From positions 1 through 45,571 of the IMG/VR virus record IMGVR_UViG_3300045988_182896: a DNA stretch of 45,571 bases; one strand, written 5' to 3'. Of this stretch, positions 33,357 through 41,361 are shown piece after piece (within the stretch, counting starts at the first letter, position 1; every line of letters starts with the position of its first letter). The translations under genes were made by a program, and so were the position numbers. This DNA is from a virus. The notes under the pieces were generated by a model. It was not told the DNA's origin, did not search any database, and saw only the letters and a program-made list of their open reading frames with translations.

Positions 33357-33788
33357 TTAAACTTTTTTCGATAAGACTATCTCATTAACTTGCTGTATAA
33401 TTTTATCTGTTTCAACCTTTATTTTGATTAAATTTTCCCAATACTCGCTCACGTGATTATATCTCCATACGCCCAGCTTGTCTTTACTATCATAAGAAGC
33501 AAATGACATACCCAAAAATTCATCATAGGCGTCTATGAGTTGAGTAAAACATTCAACAGAAGGAATGTTGATACAATAACTATTTTCAAATAATTCACAC
33601 CAATCATAAGCATCTCTTATATTATATTTAGTTAAAGGTTTTAAATCATAATCAAAGAATACAACTTCTGGATTATCTAAAAGTGCTTTATATCTGTTTT
33701 CATAATACTCACATTCCTCTTTTGTTTCAAATTCAGTACCATCATTAGCAATGTAAATTGTTTTCTTTGTCATGACTTTTTTACCCAT
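33357..33788 (-). CDS. Hypothetical protein, 143 aa
   Basis: ORF track. It overlaps the ThyX-like gene end by 8 nt. Confidence 0.55.
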   Translation of the reverse strand: MGKKVMTKKTIYIANDGTEFETKEECEYYENRYKALLDNPEVVFFDYDLKPLTKYNIRDAYDWCELFENSYCINIPSVECFTQLIDAYDEFLGMSFASYDSKDKLGVWRYNHVSEYWENLIKIKVETDKIIQQVNEIVLSKKV

Positions 33789-34476
33789 TTATGGTATCTC
33801 CGGTAATCAATTCCGAATATGGCAAATCCTTAATCCAATCAATAAAACCAATAGACCACTCGTCAAGCTTATGATTTCTGCGAGACTTGTAAATATTTGC
33901 CAGTACCTCGTAGCTCAGCATAACTGTCCGACGCTGATTGTAAGAGCTAGGCAACAGCTGAATCATCTGCCACCAAAGTTCTTTCGATTTTTTATCTGCT
34001 CCGACAACATTCTGTTTTTTTATAGCTAAATAATAATCTCGCCAATAATTCAGTTCATCTACCATATCTTCAAGAGTATTTAACGCCCTGCCTTCCAAAT
34101 GCTCATGACTGAAATCGCTCAACTCAAACTCCTTTGCTGCAATCTTATGCATAGTTGAACAAGAGTTAGCAACAGTACCTACCTTATATGTGTCAAATTC
34201 TTTCCACCAATATAAAGGTGCTGTAATATCAGCATATACAGTAATCATTCGCATAAATTTACGATGATCTGTGCCTGCATTTCGAAGACAAGTCATAAGA
34301 TTGAAGTCGTTAGAGCCGATATGCATTCCAGACATATTATTTCCACAAATTCCAGGACAATTAGCATTAGCATAGCATTTAACGCTATCGCCCTTCTCCC
34401 AAGAGTTCATAGGATTTCTCATTCCTCTTATTGCTGCTTCCCAACCAACGACTTCTGTATTTTCAAATTTAATCAT
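33781..34476 (-). CDS. ThyX-fold (flavin-dependent thymidylate synthase-like) protein lacking the canonical RHR..S....S.R motif, 231 aa
   Basis: TDHRKFMRMITVYADITAPLYWWKEFDTYKVGTVANSCSTMH aligns by eye to ThyX [39 protein letters not shown]. RHR is replaced by TYK. Confidence 0.55.
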   Translation of the reverse strand: MIKFENTEVVGWEAAIRGMRNPMNSWEKGDSVKCYANANCPGICGNNMSGMHIGSNDFNLMTCLRNAGTDHRKFMRMITVYADITAPLYWWKEFDTYKVGTVANSCSTMHKIAAKEFELSDFSHEHLEGRALNTLEDMVDELNYWRDYYLAIKKQNVVGADKKSKELWWQMIQLLPSSYNQRRTVMLSYEVLANIYKSRRNHKLDEWSIGFIDWIKDLPYSELITGDTING

Positions 34477-34478
34477 TT

Positions 34479-34724
34479 TTATTCTCCTTTATAACCATTT
34501 CCACATTCTGCATAACAATCAGAAAACATTAAATATTTACAATCTTTACAATATACTTTACCCTCAACATAACACCAACTCTGCGGCGCTTTTGTTAAGA
34601 TATAATCTTCTTCTTTCGGTTCAGGTGGATATTCAACAACACAACCTTTTGGCGTTCCTATGATAAATAAATTCTCCCAATTAGATAAAGCCTCTTCAGA
34701 ATCCTTTTTGTAGAATTCACTCAA
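34479..34724 (-). CDS. Hypothetical Cys-rich protein, 81 aa (TTG start in the track)
   Basis: ORF track. Cys pattern CKDCKYLMFSDCYAEC. Confidence 0.45.
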   Translation of the reverse strand: MSEFYKKDSEEALSNWENLFIIGTPKGCVVEYPPEPKEEDYILTKAPQSWCYVEGKVYCKDCKYLMFSDCYAECGNGYKGE

Positions 34725-34742
34725 CTCTTTCGACTTTTCATA

Positions 34743-34880
34743 TCATTTTCTCCTTTTTTCTTTCAATTTATTCCCAATTACTAACATTCTTCTGATTAGC
34801 ATTACTTTTTCAAAACAGTTTGTACACACTTTTTTTCTTGTAGTCATACATCCGCAATATTTACATTTATATTTCATCAT
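34743..34880 (-). CDS. Small Zn-ribbon ORF, 45 aa (MMKYKCKYCGCMTTRKKVCTNCFEKVMLIRRMLVIGNKLKEKRRK)
   Basis: Hand-translated. CxxC...CxxC pattern. It fills the gap between the flanking ORFs. Confidence 0.4.
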   Translation of the reverse strand: MMKYKCKYCGCMTTRKKVCTNCFEKVMLIRRMLVIGNKLKEKRRK

Positions 34881-35214
34881 CTTTTTTACTATTTCTTTCC
34901 ATCCTTAAATTCCAACATTCTTTGCAATTTAATATACAACCATCTTTATCTACTGGACAAGGTGCTCCTTCTTTCACAAAAAATGTATTAACACAATACT
35001 TTTCTACGATATATTCTCCGTTAGGTATTGTTCTTTTTATATATTCTGAATACGTTTCAGCTTTACATTTTTTAAATGGATTTTTTAATTCACCTATTTT
35101 TTCTACAATTTTTTGTTCAAATTCTATGATTTCTTTTTCTTTGTAGAAACCAATCACTAACAATATAATTGCTAATAATTCTAAAACAGTTTGCACAACA
35201 TGCCCTTCACTCAT
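34867..35214 (-). CDS. Membrane-anchored Cys-containing protein, 115 aa
   Basis: N-terminal TM segment (VVQTVLELLAIILLVIGF). ORF track. Confidence 0.5.
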   Translation of the reverse strand: MSEGHVVQTVLELLAIILLVIGFYKEKEIIEFEQKIVEKIGELKNPFKKCKAETYSEYIKRTIPNGEYIVEKYCVNTFFVKEGAPCPVDKDGCILNCKECWNLRMERNSKKDDEI

Positions 35215-35293
35215 TTAGAAATCTACCTTTCTTTTGTTATTTATGATTTAATTTTCACACATTTATAAGAGCGTTTATTTTTTCTTAGCTTTT

Positions 35294-35596
35294 TTAAAAA
35301 TCATCTTCCGGATAATGTGAAAAAAACGTGTCATATCCGCACGCGTCACATATCGCGTTAATTATTTCATCTTTATCGTTTATATCTGTATCATCGGGGA
35401 TTTCGTATATCCTACCTTCTATTGCGCTTTCCTTTTTGTCCCTGTAATCAAGACGTTCCCAATTACTTAAGGCCTCATCGCATGCCCAAAAGGCTTTTTT
35501 GTAATCCGGGCCCATATACAAGCGCTCCTCATCTCCCCGTTCATATCCTTTAGAATTAAGATTTAATGTTATACCCGTGACTTCATAATATTTCAT
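35294..35596 (-). CDS. Hypothetical protein, 100 aa
   Basis: It is the first ORF after promoter F. Confidence 0.5.
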   Translation of the reverse strand: MKYYEVTGITLNLNSKGYERGDEERLYMGPDYKKAFWACDEALSNWERLDYRDKKESAIEGRIYEIPDDTDINDKDEIINAICDACGYDTFFSHYPEDDF

Positions 35597-35649
35597 TTTG
35601 TTAGCTCCTTTTCACTTTTGCGTTTAGTTTGTTTCTTTATTGTGGTTTT

Positions 35650-35678
35650 ATTATAACATACTTTTCCCAAAATGTACA
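35650..35678 (-). promoter_or_regulatory. Promoter F: -35 TGTACA (35678..35673), 17-nt spacer, TGT-TATAAT (35658..35650)
   Basis: Minus strand reads TTTTTGAAAAAAAGTGAAAAAATTGCAAAAAAACTATGTACATTTTGGGAAAAGTATGTTATAATAAAA. Confidence 0.65.
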
Positions 35679-35697
35679 TAGTTTTTTTGCAATTTTT

Positions 35698-36435
35698 TCA
35701 CTTTTTTTCAAAAATTTTTCCACTTTCAACAAAATGTGTATTTTTTCCTACTTTCACCAAATATCCCCCATTATAACATATACCATAATACACTTTTCCG
35801 CTCCTATTACTTAGCTCTTTCACATCATCTAATCGTGGCATAAACATTTTACCATTTATTTTTGTCACCGTATACCTTCTTCGCTTATATTTTTCACCAC
35901 ATGAGCAAGTAAACTCCGAATACCCAGATGATGTTTGTATGCCTTTTATATTGTCTGCCAAATTCATTTTATGACATTTTGGGCAACTTTCTATTTGCCA
36001 TTCTATTTCATATTTAAGTGCATCACTAATATCACTTATAAACTCTGGCATATCTCTCTTTGTATGCGTTCCTTCAATAACAACAATATTTTTTGATGGC
36101 ATGAATTTTTGTCTTTCTGTGTCCATTATAGCTATCTCATTTGGCGTTACAACCACTGCCCACTTTACTCCTTCTTTTCCTTCCCTTCTCACGCAATATG
36201 TTTTAGGAATATACTTTCCAATAAAACCCCTATATTCTCCCTTCCTATTCTTAAACGCCATCGTGAATTTATGCCCACATTTTGTACATTTATAAAGTAA
36301 CTCAAAATCTAAATTATTATCATCTTCTATTTTTTCTGCTTTTGTGTTTATATTTATTTTACCACACTCTGGACATATAGAATAGTAACAAAGTAAACTA
36401 TGCATTAAGCATTCCCATAAATTTTTTCTATGCAT
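35698..36435 (-). CDS. Multi-Zn-ribbon protein, 245 aa
   Basis: At least three CxxC...CxxC pairs (CPECG..CTKCG, CPKCH..CSCG). Confidence 0.5.
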   Translation of the reverse strand: MHRKNLWECLMHSLLCYYSICPECGKININTKAEKIEDDNNLDFELLYKCTKCGHKFTMAFKNRKGEYRGFIGKYIPKTYCVRREGKEGVKWAVVVTPNEIAIMDTERQKFMPSKNIVVIEGTHTKRDMPEFISDISDALKYEIEWQIESCPKCHKMNLADNIKGIQTSSGYSEFTCSCGEKYKRRRYTVTKINGKMFMPRLDDVKELSNRSGKVYYGICYNGGYLVKVGKNTHFVESGKIFEKK

Positions 36436-36505
36436 TTTTACTCTTCTTTCTTTTTAATTTGTTATCTTCCTCAAACTTTCTACATATCAATCAGCATGTT
36501 TAAAT

Positions 36506-36534
36506 ATTCTACCGATATTTGCAGTAATTGTACA
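36506..36534 (-). promoter_or_regulatory. Candidate promoter I: -35 TGTACA within the palindrome ATTGTACAAT, 17-nt spacer, TAGAAT
   Basis: Minus strand reads GGGCATTGTACAATTACTGCAAATATCGGTAGAATATTT. It is weaker than the other family members and has no A-tract UP region. Confidence 0.35.
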
Positions 36535-36568
36535 ATGCCCAATATATTTGTAGTTATCACAACTTTTA

Positions 36569-36997
36569 TTATCCATCCAAACACCTCATATAGTTGCAAT
36601 CTGCACAAATTCCAAATTCACAATATAAATTATTATCTAAACCGTAAAAGTTACTCTGTGTGTCACTGGTTAAACCATTTTGATATATATATTCTGCTTT
36701 AACTTCTTGCAATTCATTTGCTATGTTTGTTAATTGTTTTAAATATTTTTTCAACCTATATCTGGCCGTATAAAACTCTCTATTATTTAGCGATTTATGT
36801 GCTATAATCTTTTCACAAATAGAACACATAAATTGAGCATCATATCTATTATAGCCAATGTTGTTATGTTCTATTGAATAACCTTTAGACTTTTCCTCTG
36901 ATGTCATCCCATCATATAATTTGAGCATACACCTTTTTGCAAATTCTTTATCCCTTAAAATAAATTGCCAAATGTTTTCGCGACTATATGTTTTCAT
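36569..36997 (-). CDS. Hypothetical protein, 142 aa
   Basis: ORF track. Confidence 0.5.
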   Translation of the reverse strand: MKTYSRENIWQFILRDKEFAKRCMLKLYDGMTSEEKSKGYSIEHNNIGYNRYDAQFMCSICEKIIAHKSLNNREFYTARYRLKKYLKQLTNIANELQEVKAEYIYQNGLTSDTQSNFYGLDNNLYCEFGICADCNYMRCLDG

Positions 36998-37283
36998 ATT
37001 TACTTTTTAATTCTCCCATTAGCTCAGATATTCTTTTTGCATTCTTCCTTATTTCAGCCAAATTCTTATCTTCATTTTCTTTACCTGTATTTCTTTTTGA
37101 TAATAGTCTTTGTTGCTCTTTTTGCAACTTCCTCATTTCTGTATTTGTGTAAAAAAATGTGTATTCTTTACCACAATGCTCACATTTTATATATACTCTT
37201 CTAACATCGCCTTTTACTTTTCTATCATACGGCTTTTTTTGCATCATTTTGCCTTTGCAATTATCACATACAACTTGTGTCAT
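36984..37283 (-). CDS. Zn-ribbon protein with a coiled-coil tail, 99 aa
   Basis: CDNC...CEHC. Confidence 0.5.
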   Translation of the reverse strand: MTQVVCDNCKGKMMQKKPYDRKVKGDVRRVYIKCEHCGKEYTFFYTNTEMRKLQKEQQRLLSKRNTGKENEDKNLAEIRKNAKRISELMGELKSKYENI

Positions 37284-37511
37284 TTAATATAACTCCTTGT
37301 TTAAGAATTCTTCCATCTCATCTTCTGATTTTATATTTCCTATTTTGTTTGCTAATCCCAAAATTGCTTTTGTATCACCACTTTTAAGCACATCAATCAC
37401 TCTTGCACTTTCAAATTTTGATGTATACGCCTTCTCACATTGACAGCAAGGTTCCTCTTGAACATCTTTATCAAAATATCTGCAATACTGGCATGCTTGT
37501 ACTTCACTCAT
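37284..37511 (-). CDS. Small Cys-rich protein, 75 aa
   Basis: CQYC...CCQC. Confidence 0.5.
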   Translation of the reverse strand: MSEVQACQYCRYFDKDVQEEPCCQCEKAYTSKFESARVIDVLKSGDTKAILGLANKIGNIKSEDEMEEFLNKELY

Positions 37512-37960
37512 ATTTTTTCTACCTCAATTCCTGCTTCATTTAATATATCTTTAGACAATTCGTCATTATAATCGTTTTTGTAAAATATATGTTTTATTCC
37601 GCAATTTATTATTGATTTTGCACAATTTATACATGGAAAGTGTGTACAATATAAAACTGCTCCATTTATGCTAATACCAATATTTGCCGCAGACAATATT
37701 GCATTCTCTTCCGCATGTACAGCCAAACAATATTCGTGTCCTTCTCCATGACCAAATCCAAGTTTTCTTTTCCTACAATATCCTATATCACACAAGCAAT
37801 TTTTTATCCTTGATGGTGCACCAGAATATCCAGTTGCAACTATTCTTCCATCTTTTACGATTATTGCTCCCTTTTGCTCACTAAAGCATGTACTTCTACT
37901 TGCAGTTAACTCTGCTATTTTCATAAAATACTCTTGCCAAGTTGGTCTTTTTTTATCCAT
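37508..37960 (-). CDS. dCMP deaminase (ComEB/T4 Cd type), 150 aa
   Basis: HAEENAI and the PCINCAK zinc-binding motif, with the overall cytidine/deoxycytidylate deaminase pattern. Confidence 0.85.
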   Translation of the reverse strand: MDKKRPTWQEYFMKIAELTASRSTCFSEQKGAIIVKDGRIVATGYSGAPSRIKNCLCDIGYCRKRKLGFGHGEGHEYCLAVHAEENAILSAANIGISINGAVLYCTHFPCINCAKSIINCGIKHIFYKNDYNDELSKDILNEAGIEVEKI

Positions 37961-37973
37961 AGTTAAACCTATT

Positions 37974-38014
37974 GGAGGGCACTAGCTTTTCTAAAAAATA
38001 AACTAGTACCCTCC
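37974..38014 (-). other. Strong 12-bp hairpin (GGAGGGTACTAG / CTAGTGCCCTCC, one G.U, 17-nt loop), 13 nt upstream of the dCMP deaminase ATG
   Basis: Read directly. There is no T-tract after it on the minus strand. Confidence 0.5.
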
Positions 38015-38051
38015 CCCTTTCAATAACAATTTATCAGGTTTTTACAAAATA

Positions 38052-38504
38052 TTACAGGTCGAAATCGTCATCATCGTCGTCGTCATCAAAATCGTCATCA
38101 TCATCAAAGTCATCTTTTTTAGATTTCTTTGCAGGCTTCCTTGTGACCTTTTTCTTTTTCTTAGAAGGTGCCTCATCCTCTTCGTCAAAGTCATCTTCAT
38201 CGTCGTCGTCATCTTCTACTTGCTTTTTCTTTGCTTTTTTTGCGGGATTCTTTTCAGCCTTCTTAACTTTCTTCTGCTTTTCTTCTATAAGGTCTTCCTC
38301 TTCACCATCTTCATCAACTTCAACATCACCTTTCAAAACTGCTTCAATTTTTCTTGCAGTGATATAAGACGGAATTGCTTCAACAATTTGTTCTGCAGTT
38401 GATGTTGCGAAAAGCGGAAAACGTCTACCAATGTCTGCACGTGCTTCCTTGTCGCCTTCTTTAAGTGCAGCGAAGGCTTCTGCTGCTGTCCAATTTTTTG
38501 CCAT
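38052..38504 (-). CDS. Charge-block protein: small N-terminal domain + alternating poly-K and poly-D/E tracts, ending DDDDDDDDFDL, 150 aa
   Basis: ORF track. SD AAAGGAGAAA precedes the ATG. Confidence 0.55.
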   Translation of the reverse strand: MAKNWTAAEAFAALKEGDKEARADIGRRFPLFATSTAEQIVEAIPSYITARKIEAVLKGDVEVDEDGEEEDLIEEKQKKVKKAEKNPAKKAKKKQVEDDDDDEDDFDEEDEAPSKKKKKVTRKPAKKSKKDDFDDDDDFDDDDDDDDFDL

Positions 38505-38584
38505 TTAGAATTTCTCCTTTTGTTTTTATTTTTTTGCCATTATAGACTGGTGTAGGATTGATAAAGCTCAACCCTCCAAAAGCT

Positions 38585-38788
38585 TTAGTATACATATATT
38601 GTAAGTTCTACTACCTTATCTTCACTTTGGCCAGAATATACCAAATATACAGCTTTTTCTCTAATCTCTCTGCTTAAACCATGAATTGTACCCTTAAAAA
38701 GTATTTCATTTGAACATCTGTCTTTTACCTCAAAATTTATATTTGAATTAAAATTCTGTGTAAATTGCCCAACAGTCTGATTCATCAT
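38585..38788 (-). CDS. Hypothetical protein, 67 aa
   Basis: It is the first ORF after promoter G. SD AAAGGAGAAA. Confidence 0.5.
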   Translation of the reverse strand: MMNQTVGQFTQNFNSNINFEVKDRCSNEILFKGTIHGLSREIREKAVYLVYSGQSEDKVVELTIYVY

Positions 38789-38827
38789 TTTTCTCCTTTT
38801 AATTTTTTATTTTTAGGTTCTAAAATT

Positions 38828-38856
38828 ATTATAAACCAATTTTTTCTAAAAGTACA
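38828..38856 (-). promoter_or_regulatory. Promoter G: -35 TGTACT (38856..38851), 17-nt spacer, TATAAT (38833..38828)
   Basis: Minus strand reads GTGAAAAAGCTATGTACTTTTAGAAAAAATTGGTTTATAATAATTT. Confidence 0.55.
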
Positions 38857-38879
38857 TAGCTTTTTCACATTTTTTTACT

Positions 38880-39113
38880 TTATTTATGACTTTTTTCATA
38901 AACAAGTATAGAATTATGAATCATTGCTTCAATCTCTTTCAACCCTTCAATATCAGTTTGTATAGCATTTTTCAAAAATACTTCTTGTATTTTTCCGTCA
39001 TTGTTAAAGATTAACTGTTGCGCAATACTAATTCTATCATTGCAATCAACACTCACAACCAAGTTTTTGTCTTTTGCTAATTCATGTTTTCCAATTTCAA
39101 AAAATCTTCCCAT
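38880..39113 (-). CDS. Hypothetical protein, 77 aa
   Basis: ORF track. Confidence 0.5.
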   Translation of the reverse strand: MGRFFEIGKHELAKDKNLVVSVDCNDRISIAQQLIFNNDGKIQEVFLKNAIQTDIEGLKEIEAMIHNSILVYEKSHK

Positions 39114-39114
39114 T

Positions 39115-39318
39115 TTATTTATCTCCTTTTGCTGTTAATATTTCTAAAACACGTTCATAAAACATTGCTTTTGTTGTTTTTACCAAATCTGTATCTACTG
39201 GATTTTCAAATGTTCCCACATTCTTATGCATTTTTTTTAATTGCATTCTTGTCTTTTTTACTTCCTCAACTATTTTTTTGTATTTTTCCTCTTTACTCAT
39301 CCGTTTCACCATTTTCAT
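39115..39318 (-). CDS. Hypothetical basic protein, 67 aa
   Basis: ORF track. Confidence 0.45.
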   Translation of the reverse strand: MKMVKRMSKEEKYKKIVEEVKKTRMQLKKMHKNVGTFENPVDTDLVKTTKAMFYERVLEILTAKGDK

Positions 39319-39625
39319 CTTTTAACTTCAATACAACAAGCTTATCAACCAATGAATAAATTTTCGACAATTCCATTGTATCTGCATAGCCATCGAATGC
39401 AAATTTTGCCTCTCCATCTTTGTCAATTGAAAGCTGCTTAAACGTAACTTCACCTAACTTTACCTTTTCATCCTCAACAACAGCAATTGCTTTAATTGGT
39501 CTTCCAATTACCGTAACAAGCTTAATATAGCTTGCCACTTCTGACATTGGAATTTTTATCTTCATAGTTGCTGTGCCATTGTTCTTCACAGAAACGTTAT
39601 CAAATGTCCCATTTAATTTAATCAT
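39293..39625 (-). CDS. Hypothetical beta-rich protein, 110 aa
   Basis: ORF track. Confidence 0.5.
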   Translation of the reverse strand: MIKLNGTFDNVSVKNNGTATMKIKIPMSEVASYIKLVTVIGRPIKAIAVVEDEKVKLGEVTFKQLSIDKDGEAKFAFDGYADTMELSKIYSLVDKLVVLKLKDENGETDE

Positions 39626-40095
39626 TTTTTATTTCCTTTCTTTTTATTATTTTTATAATTATTTTCGCGCTCCTTGCGTAATTTCTTCATTATACTTTGC
39701 CTATTACCACACTTTATTTGATTTGTTGTCTTTGCAATATCAGATTCAACTACCAAATCATTTTGTCTAGTGTTTACTTTGCCTACTTTTAAATACTCAG
39801 CTACAAGTGGTATATCCTCAAGCTTCATTGATACCAATATTGGACCACCAATAAATTGGTTTATAAAGATAGGCAACTTATTAGTAACACTCGCATTATA
39901 CAATAACGAATTTACATCAGAAAGCTTAATAACTATTTGTGCCTTGTCAGTTGATTTTAGTTGTGCTATAACATGCTCATTTTGTCCATCTTCTTTTATT
40001 ATTCCATTTCCTGAGCCTGGAGTTCCTCTTAACCCCAAACTTTCCATTAACTCTTTCTCATTTTTAAACCAATATTTTACATTTCTTTTCTTCAC
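39622..40095 (-). CDS. Putative PD-(D/E)XK-type nuclease, 157 aa
   Basis: GTPGSGNGIIKEDGQNEHVIAQLKST resembles a D...(E/Q)xK core, which is weak evidence. It is adjacent to the RuvC-like gene. Confidence 0.3.
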   Translation of the reverse strand: MKKRNVKYWFKNEKELMESLGLRGTPGSGNGIIKEDGQNEHVIAQLKSTDKAQIVIKLSDVNSLLYNASVTNKLPIFINQFIGGPILVSMKLEDIPLVAEYLKVGKVNTRQNDLVVESDIAKTTNQIKCGNRQSIMKKLRKERENNYKNNKKKGNKK

Positions 40096-40601
40096 TCTTC
40101 TACCTTCAACAATCTCTTATTTTTTTCAAAATCTAATCCATATAATGCTATGCATATCGCATCAGCCGCATCATCATTTAGCGTTAGATTAAATCTTTTC
40201 ATAATATATCTTACCGATACACCTTTATCAGCTTTATGCATTCCACTGGCATTTCCGCAAATTCTAGACTTCCAACTTCTTGTATCAGCAGAATATACTT
40301 TTCTTGGATATGCAGTGTCAACTATTGTTGCTATTAGTGCTCCTGTCGTTTTAATGTATGGAACGGATAGAAAATTTTGCGAAAATGTTCTAATCCTTTC
40401 CACAATAATTACATCTGGATTGTAAACAGCTAAAATTTTCTTTGTCAACCTTTTTACAAATCTTCTTTTCTCTGATTTATTTTTACATCCATTATAGTCA
40501 AAAGAATTATAATACAGTATTTTTGCATCTTTACTATTGTTTCCCTTTACTATTGATACACCTATACGTGTATAACTTTCATCAAATCCTAGGCTAATCA
40601 T
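40092..40601 (-). CDS. ruvC: RuvC-like Holliday junction resolvase, 169 aa
   Basis: The N-terminus ISLGFDESYTRIGVSIV, the VERIRTF Glu and the C-terminal NDDAADAICIALYG are RuvC-family catalytic motifs. Confidence 0.75.
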   Translation of the reverse strand: MISLGFDESYTRIGVSIVKGNNSKDAKILYYNSFDYNGCKNKSEKRRFVKRLTKKILAVYNPDVIIVERIRTFSQNFLSVPYIKTTGALIATIVDTAYPRKVYSADTRSWKSRICGNASGMHKADKGVSVRYIMKRFNLTLNDDAADAICIALYGLDFEKNKRLLKVEE

Positions 40602-41361
40602 TCCATTCTCCCATTAACTTTTCCATCTTATCTTTGTCCAATGGGACCCTTTTTGTACCAAAACATGCTCTAGAATATGCACAAGATTTTGCTTTTTTAC
40701 AATTCTCATTTTCACACATTCTTGATGGTAGCTTGCCAGTTTTTTCAAATCTTTTTACAAATTTATTTACCTTTAACATTCTTTCAACTAGTGGTCTTGC
40801 TATTTCTGGGTCATATTCTGTTGGAAAAACTTTTATTTCTTGATTATTCTTATCTTCACATAATACAAAACCTCTTGGAATTCCAAGCATATGCATATAT
40901 AATTGTAATTGCTTTGCCCCAGATGGATGCGTTTTCATTTTTTGAAATTGATACGTATTTACAGATTTTATCTCAACTACATACGTTTTATTCCCAAACT
41001 TTATAATTGCATCTGGCGTAAACAATAATCGCATACTGTCAGACATTCCTCTTTGTTCTATCCCAACGGCTATACCGGCTTTTTTGAATAGTGTTTGCCA
41101 TTTGTCGTGTACATACCAACCGTTCAGGAAAATCCTTCTTAATCCATCAGAAATTGGCGGTTCAAATCCTTTGAAAAAGAATGAAAGCACTTGTTGTCTA
41201 AAGCAGAACTCGTTATCAGATGCAATTATACCTGAACCATGCATACCAACTCTGTCTTCTCTGTCTTCTCTGTCTAGCAACAGCAAACTATTTAACTTTG
41301 ACTCTATTGCTAAACTTTCTGTGCTTTTTATTCCTTCTAGCATTTCACTTAGTTTCGACAT
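40594..41361 (-). CDS. Cas4-like PD-(D/E)XK exonuclease with a Cys cluster, 255 aa
   Basis: FTPDAIIKFGNKTYVVEIKSV (D...ExK) plus an N-terminal Cys (EFCFRQQ) and a C-terminal CENENCKKAKSCAYSRAC. Confidence 0.65.
   Translation of the reverse strand: MSKLSEMLEGIKSTESLAIESKLNSLLLLDREDREDRVGMHGSGIIASDNEFCFRQQVLSFFFKGFEPPISDGLRRIFLNGWYVHDKWQTLFKKAGIAVGIEQRGMSDSMRLLFTPDAIIKFGNKTYVVEIKSVNTYQFQKMKTHPSGAKQLQLYMHMLGIPRGFVLCEDKNNQEIKVFPTEYDPEIARPLVERMLKVNKFVKRFEKTGKLPSRMCENENCKKAKSCAYSRACFGTKRVPLDKDKMEKLMGEWND

Noticed and set aside
38539-38544. A lone TATAAT box upstream of the charge-block protein gene, considered as another promoter
   Set aside because: There is no acceptable -35 element (neither TTGACA-like nor TGTACA-like) at 16-19 nt, so I did not annotate it.
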